A stretch of 41,850 bases of DNA, taken from assembly GCA_964345455.1 (NCBI GenBank), contig CAYFRE010000004.1:1-41850 (forward strand), in the 5' to 3' direction. Below are positions 26,627 to 34,386 of this stretch, in pieces. The first letter of the stretch is position 1. Every line of letters begins with the position of its first letter. The stretch comes from an uncultured Syntrophomonadaceae bacterium. GTDB taxonomy: Bacteria > Bacillota > Dethiobacteria > DTU022. The position numbers were made by a program, and so were the translations under genes. The notes beneath the pieces were generated by a model. The model saw only the letters and a program-made list of their open reading frames with translations. It made no database searches and was not told the origin of the DNA.

Positions 26627-26744
26627 TGGAAAGCCTCCTTTGAAGATGGATTCCTTAATACAGCCGGAATGGCCCGGCCGGCTGCAAATTTAGCATAACC
26701 AATAAATTTTTGCTCTATGCACAGGAGCGTTTTGTCCCCGCACC

Positions 26745-26773
26745 TTGCATTTCAGAGCAATTGATGGTAATAT
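26745..26773 (+). promoter_or_regulatory. candidate sigma-A promoter for rpsT (extended -10)
   Basis: TTGCAT (26745-26750), a 17-nt spacer ending in TGg, then TAATAT (26768-26773). Confidence 0.55.
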
Positions 26774-26809
26774 TTCAATGTTTGATAGAAAGAAAGGAGG
26801 TAGCCGGTT

Positions 26810-27079
26810 TTGCCTGTTACCAGATCAGCTGAAAAAAGAATGCGGCAGACGATTACACGGACCGCCCGCAACCGCCGCGTGAAAAGCATGGTGAAAACCT
26901 CCGTACGCCGTTTTGAAGAGGCAATCCAGAGCGGCGACCGCGAACTTGCCCGGACCAGGTTAATTACTGCTATCCGCCGGATTGACCAGGCTGCGGCCAA
27001 GGGTGTCATTCACAAAAATAACGCCGCCCGGAAAAAATCGCACCTGGCCCGCTTGTTTAACCATAATGCAGCCGGCTAA
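26810..27079 (+). CDS. rpsT: 30S ribosomal protein S20
   Basis: TTG start after AGGAGG. The product reads (M)PVTRSAEKRMRQ.....RN....S..KT..R........ and ends in the basic S20 signature HKN.AARKKS.L. Confidence 0.92.
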   Translation: MPVTRSAEKRMRQTITRTARNRRVKSMVKTSVRRFEEAIQSGDRELARTRLITAIRRIDQAAAKGVIHKNNAARKKSHLARLFNHNAAG

Positions 27080-27211
27080 TCTCCCGCTACTGCATTATAT
27101 TGTGCTTGCGCACGAGGTATGCGTCTATTGGCCTGTTAACTGAATATGTTTTTTGTTTCAAATCCCCCGGCTCTCCTTTTCCAAAGGGGGAAGCCTGAAA
27201 AGACCGGAAAG

Positions 27212-27237
27212 TCCCCCTTTTTTAAGGGGGATTTATT
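27212..27237 (+). terminator. rho-independent terminator candidate (rpsT 3' region)
   Basis: TCCCCCTT-tttt-AAGGGGGA, an 8-bp stem, followed by TTTATT. It lies about 130 nt downstream of the rpsT stop. Confidence 0.5.
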
Positions 27238-27432
27238 GTCATCAATAACCGTTAGTTCAAAGAAAGTTGCTTGTAAGAAAAGCCATAGCCCCTATATTTA
27301 TCAAGGTGAGCGGCCGGACGGAGACCCCGCGGCAAGAAGGTTAAAACAGTCTCCTCACTCTCCAGCCGATTCTACTCAACCTAAACCTGTAGATTGACGG
27401 GCCTGATCTATGGGAATCCTTCATCCAAGGAT

Positions 27433-28524
27433 TTAGTGGTAAGAGAGGTAAACCAGGGTCACGATGATCAAGTCTCCCCTGTTAATTACACCCACTGTCA
27501 ACGATTGAAACCCGGCATCATTCAGATAAGTCTTTCCCTCGGTGATAATATGCCGGTAGAGCTCCTCAGCCGTGGGAATGGGGTAATCCCAGAATGTAAC
27601 CATATTCATTCCCGCCTTTGCCAACCGCAGTTCCGAAGCCCTTCGTTCAAGCTCCGCTCTTAGCTGATCAAGTGAATGCTCTTCACCGCGGCAGGCCTGT
27701 TCAGCGGCTGTCGCAGCGCTTTGTCGGACTGTCGTTAACAGCCTTGCTTCCCCGGCAAAAGGGGTGAGCCCGGCCTCGGCGCGCGTCTCGTTGAAGAGCG
27801 CCAGCAGCCGGGACTCATATTCCGGCAGGTAGACGGGCTTCTCCGCCGCCGCTTCCGCCCGCTGCCATTCCTTCTCGCGGGATTCTTTATAGGCCGGGTC
27901 GTTGTGCAACCGGGCCAGCTCTTCAGGCGCAGTCAGATAGAGACGCGACGGCCTCTGGACAAATTTTCCTTTTTCCTCATCGACAAAGCCTGCTCCCCAG
28001 GTTGTATCAAGGCCGTACCAGGTTTCCCCGATGCAGGCGTGATTCCAGGCATGGCGCTCCGTTCTGCCGGGAGCGGGGTGAACCTCGCCTTTTTCATAGG
28101 TTGCCTTGATCCCTGCAGCCTTTAACAGCGCTCTGGTCAAATCTGCATAATCGTGGCAGACCCCTTTTCTCTTTTCAAGAAGATATTTCGCCCCTGAACC
28201 GTAGTCCTCCATATTTTTGGCCTTCTCCACGTCGTAGGCGATGTTGGCGGTAACCCAGTCGTAAATCGCGCATAACTTTTCGTAGTCGTTCGAGGCTTCG
28301 GCAGTAATCTGCCGGGCCAAATTTTTCAGGTTGGTTGCCGGAGGCTCAACATTATTAACTTCCGCATTGCCACTCGTGACGGGGCGCATCGGTACCTTTT
28401 CCGCTTCGCCAATTCTTTCGATAAAACGGTAAATATGAGCCGTCAGCAGATCACGCTGAAAAAAAGCCGGCAGCATGGCTGCAACTAAAAAAGCGATTAA
28501 ACAGATCCAGCCAAATCGTTTCAC
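27433..28524 (-). CDS. transglutaminase-like cysteine protease-fold protein, membrane-anchored, with a possible degenerate CAP-like C-terminal domain
   Basis: N-terminal TM anchor. Transglutaminase core GVCHDYA (Cys) ... HAWN (His). The C-terminal half (ESRLLALFNETRAEAGL.PF...) is CAP/SCP-like by eye only. GTG start in a GTGA overlap with the holA stop. Confidence 0.75.
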   Translation of the reverse strand: MKRFGWICLIAFLVAAMLPAFFQRDLLTAHIYRFIERIGEAEKVPMRPVTSGNAEVNNVEPPATNLKNLARQITAEASNDYEKLCAIYDWVTANIAYDVEKAKNMEDYGSGAKYLLEKRKGVCHDYADLTRALLKAAGIKATYEKGEVHPAPGRTERHAWNHACIGETWYGLDTTWGAGFVDEEKGKFVQRPSRLYLTAPEELARLHNDPAYKESREKEWQRAEAAAEKPVYLPEYESRLLALFNETRAEAGLTPFAGEARLLTTVRQSAATAAEQACRGEEHSLDQLRAELERRASELRLAKAGMNMVTFWDYPIPTAEELYRHIITEGKTYLNDAGFQSLTVGVINRGDLIIVTLVYLSYH

Positions 28525-29612
28525 CGTTTCCTCCTCCGCCGGGGAGACAGCTGGTGGATCTGGGCGATGGCGACCTCGAGGGCCTGATGCGGGATCACCC
28601 GACCGGTCTTGATCCGGTGATCCAATTTTTGCAGAAATATAATGATCTCTTCCAAAGATTCGCGGTTGAAGGCGGCCGATTGCCCGTAAAGCTTGCGGGC
28701 TTCAAAAGGCTTTACTCCCAGTGCCCGGGGATGCTGCGCCGGGGGTACTTTCTCTTCACGCAGGGAGCGGGCGCCGAGCAACAGCCGGAAATGGCGCACC
28801 AGCATAAAAAAGATCCGCAGCGGCTCTTCACGCTTCCCGGCGAGCTGTGAGAGAACCTGCAGAGCCCGGTCGGGGTTGCCCTCGCTGAGCGCATCGGTGA
28901 GCGTGAAGACGCTGCTTTTTACGTCACCGGAGAAGAGCAACTCGACCACCTCTGCAGTGATCGTCGTCTCCCCGTCGCCCAGGTAAGCGCCATACTTGTC
29001 GAGTTCATTGGAGAGAAAGTGGAGGTCGTTTTCCCCGCTCCAGAGAAGCCGCTGCAGGGCGGCGGATTCAATTTTTTTACCTTGCCGGGCCAGCTGTTCC
29101 CGGATCCAGCGGGAAAGCTCGCCCCCTCTCAGTGGAGCGCACTCCACCACGACGCCCTTCTTTTCCAGCAGCTTGAAGAGACGCCTGCGTCGGTCAACCG
29201 CCGCCGCGCGGAAAAGGATGATCCGTGAAGGAATTTTTCCGGCCCTTTCACTCTCAACAAAGCGTTCCAGCTGCTCTGATGCCTTTTCTCCGCTCTCTTC
29301 GGGTCCTGTTTCTCCTCCTGCCGCGTCCCGCTTCTCTCTACTTTTCGGGACCAGGTAAGGGGGTTCATCCACCAGCAGCAGCTTGCGCGGCGCAAAGAGG
29401 CTTACTTCATCGAGGCGCTGCAAAGCTTCATTCAGTGTCAGTTCCGTCCCGTCAATTTTCTCCCGGCCGTAGTCTCCTTCTTCCCCCAGGTAGGCTCCGG
29501 CAAGTTGATCGGAAAGCTCCCGGATCAAAAATGGCTCGCCACCGTAAAAGAGGTAAGCGGGAACAAGTTTCCTCGAAGCAATCATCTGCGCGGCTTCCCG
29601 GTAGCCGATCAT
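28521..29612 (-). CDS. holA: DNA polymerase III subunit delta
   Basis: N-terminal ...L.P.YLFYG.E.FL and the three-domain delta layout. The conserved position is divergent from rpsT, as in Bacillus. Confidence 0.88.
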   Translation of the reverse strand: MIGYREAAQMIASRKLVPAYLFYGGEPFLIRELSDQLAGAYLGEEGDYGREKIDGTELTLNEALQRLDEVSLFAPRKLLLVDEPPYLVPKSREKRDAAGGETGPEESGEKASEQLERFVESERAGKIPSRIILFRAAAVDRRRRLFKLLEKKGVVVECAPLRGGELSRWIREQLARQGKKIESAALQRLLWSGENDLHFLSNELDKYGAYLGDGETTITAEVVELLFSGDVKSSVFTLTDALSEGNPDRALQVLSQLAGKREEPLRIFFMLVRHFRLLLGARSLREEKVPPAQHPRALGVKPFEARKLYGQSAAFNRESLEEIIIFLQKLDHRIKTGRVIPHQALEVAIAQIHQLSPRRRRKR

Positions 29613-29617
29613 CTAAT

Positions 29618-31090
29618 TTATGTCCCCCTGACACTGTTTCTGAAAAGACGGCGCGACTCGGGTAAAAAGAGAACCAGCACCGTGTAAATTTCCAGGCGCC
29701 CCATGATCATCATCAGGCTCAAAAGCGCCTTCCCGGCAGCGGGAACAGCCTGATGGGTAAAGCTCGGTCCGACAAGGCCGAGGCCGGGACCGATATTACC
29801 CAGGGCCGAGGCAGCGGCCGAAGCGGCGGTGGTAAAATCGAGATCCATCCAGCTCAGGGCCAGGGTGGTGAGCACAAAGAATAAAATATAGAGAAAGGTG
29901 AACCCGGCCACGCCCCGCAGTGTCTCTTCGGAAACAGCCTGATCGTCAAGCTTGACCGTGGCCACGGCAGAGGGATGGATCAGGCGCAACAGTTCCCGCC
30001 GCGCATGTTTAAGCAGCAGCAGCAGTCGAGTCTGCTTGATCCCCCCGCCGGTTGAACCGCCACAGGCTCCGAGAAACATCAGGAAGAAAAGCAGAACCCG
30101 TGAAAAATGGGGCCAGGCATCAAAGTCGGCGCTGGCGTAACCGGTGGTCGTGGTAATCGAAACCACCTGGAAGGCGCTCTGCCGAATTGAAAGAAGGATA
30201 TCCGAGCCGGAAACGGGAGCAATGTTTACTGCCATCAGCACGGTGGCAACAGCCAGCGCCACAACATAAAAGCGCAGCTCTTCACTCTTCAGCACACCCC
30301 GGTCTCTACGCAGCAGGCGGTAATAAAGGGTAAAGTTTACTCCGGCCAGGAACATAAAAATAAAGATCACCACTTCGGCCGCCGGGTTATGCAGGGCGGC
30401 GACGCTGGCGCTGTAGGTGGAGAAACCACCGGTAGGCATGGTGGTAAGGGCATGGGCCAGGGCATCATAGAGGGTCAAACCGCACAGCATCAATAGCAGG
30501 GTTTGCAAAACTGTAAACGCCGCATAGATCAGCCAGAGCCAGCGCGCCGTTTCGACAACCCGAGGGACAAAACGTTCGGCAACCGGGCCGGGCAACTCCG
30601 CCCTGTAGAGAGTCGTACTTTTGAAACCGAAGCGCGGCAGAACGGCGAGAAAGAGAACGATGATCCCCATACCCCCCAGCCACTGGGTGAGGGAGCGCCA
30701 GAAAAGAAGGCCGCGGGGCAGGCTCTCCACATCGGCAATCACCGTCGCCCCGGTGGTGGTAAATCCGGAGACCGCTTCAAAAAAGGCATCAAGGAGAGTA
30801 CCCCCGAAGCCGTCGTAAAAATAGAAGGGGAGCCCGCCAAAAAAACCGGCCAGCAGCCAGGCCAGCGATACCAGGGAGAAGCTTTCAGCCAGGGAAAGTT
30901 TTTCCCGGCGCGACGGATAGGCGACGGCGCATAAAAAAGCCCCTGCACCGGCAGTAGCCAGGATGGCTCGTAAAAAGGCAGACCGGTCTCCCCCCTGCTC
31001 CCCGATCGACCAGAGAGCCGCCAGCGCCATCATGACCGACAAAAATATCATCATGATTCCCAAAAGATAAAAAATCCTGATGCGACGCAC
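29618..31090 (-). CDS. trkH: Trk/Ktr-type potassium uptake protein, membrane subunit TrkH
   Basis: About 10 TM segments with repeated selectivity-filter-like motifs (SGFTTTGAT, TMPTGGFST, TTTGYAS, SALGNIGPG). GTG start after GGGAGAGG. Confidence 0.9.
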   Translation of the reverse strand: MRRIRIFYLLGIMMIFLSVMMALAALWSIGEQGGDRSAFLRAILATAGAGAFLCAVAYPSRREKLSLAESFSLVSLAWLLAGFFGGLPFYFYDGFGGTLLDAFFEAVSGFTTTGATVIADVESLPRGLLFWRSLTQWLGGMGIIVLFLAVLPRFGFKSTTLYRAELPGPVAERFVPRVVETARWLWLIYAAFTVLQTLLLMLCGLTLYDALAHALTTMPTGGFSTYSASVAALHNPAAEVVIFIFMFLAGVNFTLYYRLLRRDRGVLKSEELRFYVVALAVATVLMAVNIAPVSGSDILLSIRQSAFQVVSITTTTGYASADFDAWPHFSRVLLFFLMFLGACGGSTGGGIKQTRLLLLLKHARRELLRLIHPSAVATVKLDDQAVSEETLRGVAGFTFLYILFFVLTTLALSWMDLDFTTAASAAASALGNIGPGLGLVGPSFTHQAVPAAGKALLSLMMIMGRLEIYTVLVLFLPESRRLFRNSVRGT

Positions 31091-31152
31091 AGAATCATCC
31101 TCTCCCGGTTGGCTCGCCGGATACCGGCGGCATTTCTTTTCAAGCCGTGTTT

Positions 31153-32544
31153 CTACTTGATATTACCGGATGGGTGATGATTCACCCGGTTTTCCCTGGC
31201 CGCAGCAAAATAACGTTCCAGCTGCCCGCTTATTTCAGGCAGGGTGAAGATAATCAAATGGTCTCCCGGTAGAAGTTCGGTTTGCCCTCCGGGGATGATC
31301 ACCTCTTGCCGGCGAATAATCGAACCGACCAGCATTCCCCGGGGGAAATTTGCCTCGGCCAATTTTTTGTGGGCCACCCGCGCTGTTTCAGGGAGGACCA
31401 GCTCCAGAATCTCGGCCCGTTCATCGTTCAAAATGGATAGAGAGACCAGGTCCTCGCGGTGGGTAAAACGGAGGATCTGCGCCGCCGTGATCAAACGCGG
31501 GTTGATGATGCTCTCCAGGCCGAGGGCTCTGTATACCGGGGTAAACTGCGGATCAACCACTTCGCAGATGATCTTTTTTATCCCCGACTGCTTCGCCAGC
31601 ACCCCGGCGATGATGTTGGTGCGATCGTCCCCGCTGACCGCGACAACGGCATCGGTCTGCTCAATCTCTTCCATCTTGAAAAAGTCGAGATCTGCGGCAT
31701 CCCCCTGCAATACCAGGGTATGCGAAAGTTCGCGGCTGAGCTGCTCGCAGCGCGCGGTATCTTTTTCAACCAGTTTCACCTTAAAGGGGCTGTGGCTCTC
31801 CTCCAGCAGCTTTGCCAGTTGGTAGCCGATCATTCCGCCGCCGAGAATGGTGACATGGTTGATCCTGGTGCGCTCGTGCAGCAGCAACCGGCTGATATCC
31901 TTGAGCGTGCGCGACCGGCCCAACAGGTAAATTTTCGCACCCGGTTTAACCATATCTTTACCGCCGGGGATGATAAATTTATCCTGTCCCTCGCTGATCC
32001 CGACAATGATACAGCCCGGCGGTAGATTTAACTGGTGGAAAGGTTTTTTCACAATATCGGTTTCGGGACCGGCGACCAGGCTGAGCATCATCACCCGTCC
32101 CTTGCTGAAATACTCTATCTCGCAGGCCTCGGGGAAATGGAGCATGCGGGAGATCTCGTAAGCCGCGCTGCGCTCCGGGCTGATCGTCAGGTCAATCCCC
32201 AGTTGCTGCGGGTCAAGCACGGAAGAATCAAGAGCATAGTCGGCGTTGCGCACCCGGGCCACGGTCACGGGAACACCGTAGCGTTTGGCCAGCATACAGG
32301 CGATGATGTTGATCTCGTCGGTCCCGGTTACCGCAATAAACATAGCCGCGGACTTGACTTCCGCTTTTTCCAGGGCCGGGGCATTGGCCCCGTTTTCTTC
32401 AAGAACCATTACATCGTACATGTCCCTTAATTTACGCGCCTGCTCCGGGTTTTTTTCAATGATGACGACATCAAAATTTTTTTCGGAAAGATTTCGGGCC
32501 AGCTCCGAGCCGACCCCGCCGCCGCCGATAATGATCATGTACAC
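31153..32544 (-). CDS. trkA: Trk system potassium uptake protein TrkA (tandem RCK: 2x TrkA-N/TrkA-C)
   Basis: Two Rossmann motifs (IIGGGGVGS and ILGGGMIGY), each followed by a TrkA-C domain. Sits directly upstream of trkH. Confidence 0.9.
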   Translation of the reverse strand: MYMIIIGGGGVGSELARNLSEKNFDVVIIEKNPEQARKLRDMYDVMVLEENGANAPALEKAEVKSAAMFIAVTGTDEINIIACMLAKRYGVPVTVARVRNADYALDSSVLDPQQLGIDLTISPERSAAYEISRMLHFPEACEIEYFSKGRVMMLSLVAGPETDIVKKPFHQLNLPPGCIIVGISEGQDKFIIPGGKDMVKPGAKIYLLGRSRTLKDISRLLLHERTRINHVTILGGGMIGYQLAKLLEESHSPFKVKLVEKDTARCEQLSRELSHTLVLQGDAADLDFFKMEEIEQTDAVVAVSGDDRTNIIAGVLAKQSGIKKIICEVVDPQFTPVYRALGLESIINPRLITAAQILRFTHREDLVSLSILNDERAEILELVLPETARVAHKKLAEANFPRGMLVGSIIRRQEVIIPGGQTELLPGDHLIIFTLPEISGQLERYFAAARENRVNHHPSGNIK

Positions 32545-32661
32545 TTAACAATCACCCTTCCCCACGGCAATGATATCTCGATATTATCATAAATAATCAA
32601 GTAGGGAACATTATTTTTCATGCAGAAGAAAAATATTTTTCGAGGTTGGATAAAGCGGCGC

Positions 32662-34386
32662 TTATCTTTGTTCAAAATCGTTGGAGGAAGAGACCATGGA
32701 GACAGGCCCGGCCAGGGGATCACCGGCAAAAGCTTTCTCTCCGGGTTGGGGCCGGATCAGGGGGCGGCAAAGCTGATCGGGCACTGCCGCTCCCAGGGAG
32801 TGATAAACCGCGGCGAGATGTTTGCGAAAAAGGGCGTCAAAAGGAGCGGCCAGGTAGTAAGGCATGCTGTCGATCCACCAGGGGAAATCGCTCCCTTCGG
32901 CGATATGGATATTCTCCAGGGCCCGCTTCAATATTTTGGGATCGCAGGAGCCGCCGTGGCGGTGGCGCTCCACCGTTTCACGGGCGTCGAGCAGGTGATC
33001 CCAGAGAAGATTCTTGTTTTCCGTGCCGATCCAGCGGGTCAGGTTGTGGTCTACCCACGAACCGGTAAAAAGATCATCGATCACCCTCTGTGGCGGATTC
33101 GCCGCCAGGTAATCGCTGACCGTGCAGCAGCAGAGGAGCGGTTCTTCGCTCAAACGGCGGTAGAGACTGTGTAAAAAGGGGCCCTTGTCCCCCGGGTACG
33201 ACTCCCAGGCGTTTTCTCCATCCAGCGAAAGCGTGACCAGGTGGTTGCCCGGAGCCCAGGCGAGGTTCTCCCGGATCTTCAGCAGGCGGTGCACCAGGTC
33301 GGCGGCGGCATCACCGGGGCGAAAATGCTGGTATTCGAACCCGATCCGGTTGGAGAGATGGTGATCCCGGAAAATCATGGTGATCTCGCCACCTGCCCCG
33401 CGGACCCGGTAGGGCTGGTAAAGCAGATCCCCGTTCAAGACATGGCCGTAACCGTCGCGAATGATCTCGGCATTCAGCGAACGGGCCAGGATCTGTTCAT
33501 CGCTGATCGACCAGCTAAAACCATAAGTCATGAAGAGGGCAATTGTCTCCGGGCTTACCGCCATCTCCGGCGGCCAGATCCCCCTGGGGCGGCAGCCAAA
33601 AAGCCTCCGGTATTGCTTTCCGGCCAGGGCTAGCTGTTCACAGGCATCCTGCGGATATTGAAAACGGCGCGGTAGCGGCAGTCCCGGGCAGGCCTGCAGC
33701 GCACTGTAGCTGTCGATGAGCAGCGGAATGATCGGGTGATAGAAGGGGGTGGTCATGATCTCGATCTGCCCGCGCTCCTGCAAGCGGCGGTGCAGGGGAA
33801 CGATCCCGGCAAGCAGGTCACGCTGTCTCTGCATCACCGAGCGCCGCTCCGCCTCGGTAAAATTGCTCCCTTTTTCAGCAAGGCCGTTCAAGCGGGGATC
33901 AGAGCGGCGGATTTCAGGATCTATCCAGGTCAGGTTAAACCAGACCTGCAGATCGCGATAATCCTGCAGGCTGTAGCGCTTCAGGGCCAGCCGGACTGCG
34001 TCCGGTTCACGGGTCCAACCCTGAAGCTCCAACAGCTCCAGGTAACGGGGATACTGCCGGATTACCTTATCCCAATGAATATCAAAATAGTGATGCAGCA
34101 GGTACTGTTTCTCTTTATCGTTAAGTTTCTCCGCAGGTTTGTCCACCTTCTGATAAAAATCTTCAGTACCGGAAAGATAGCTTTCAATCTGCTCCAGCAG
34201 GGACGGGGTCAGGTTGAAGGTCTGGCGGACCTTCGGATATTGTTCCAGGATCGCCGCCATCTGGTAATAATCCTTGCTCCCGTGGAGCCTTACCCAGGGC
34301 ATGATCAGATCGCCCGATAGAGAATCCCGGTAGAACGGCTGGTGCTGGTTCCAGATAAACGCCACATAGAGCGGCTGCCCGTTCAT
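32662..34386 (-). CDS. glycoside hydrolase family 57 protein (alpha-amylase/debranching-like; DUF3536-type)
   Basis: GH57 region I at the N-terminus (FIWNQHQPFY), the nucleophile region WPPEMAVS, and the acid/base region SLDGENAWE. Its ATG is in an ATGA overlap with the upstream GH57 gene stop. Confidence 0.85.
   Translation of the reverse strand: MNGQPLYVAFIWNQHQPFYRDSLSGDLIMPWVRLHGSKDYYQMAAILEQYPKVRQTFNLTPSLLEQIESYLSGTEDFYQKVDKPAEKLNDKEKQYLLHHYFDIHWDKVIRQYPRYLELLELQGWTREPDAVRLALKRYSLQDYRDLQVWFNLTWIDPEIRRSDPRLNGLAEKGSNFTEAERRSVMQRQRDLLAGIVPLHRRLQERGQIEIMTTPFYHPIIPLLIDSYSALQACPGLPLPRRFQYPQDACEQLALAGKQYRRLFGCRPRGIWPPEMAVSPETIALFMTYGFSWSISDEQILARSLNAEIIRDGYGHVLNGDLLYQPYRVRGAGGEITMIFRDHHLSNRIGFEYQHFRPGDAAADLVHRLLKIRENLAWAPGNHLVTLSLDGENAWESYPGDKGPFLHSLYRRLSEEPLLCCCTVSDYLAANPPQRVIDDLFTGSWVDHNLTRWIGTENKNLLWDHLLDARETVERHRHGGSCDPKILKRALENIHIAEGSDFPWWIDSMPYYLAAPFDALFRKHLAAVYHSLGAAVPDQLCRPLIRPQPGEKAFAGDPLAGPVSMVSSSNDFEQR

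Noticed and set aside
27146-27397. 83-aa ORF in the rpsT / transglutaminase intergenic region
   Set aside because: It has no RBS, runs through two hairpin/terminator structures, and its composition is not protein-like.
32545-32661. Possible c-di-AMP (ydaO-type) riboswitch upstream of trkA
   Set aside because: Potassium transporters are typical targets, but the gap is only 117 nt and AT-rich, and it shows none of the ydaO pseudo-symmetric helices. It more likely holds a simple promoter.
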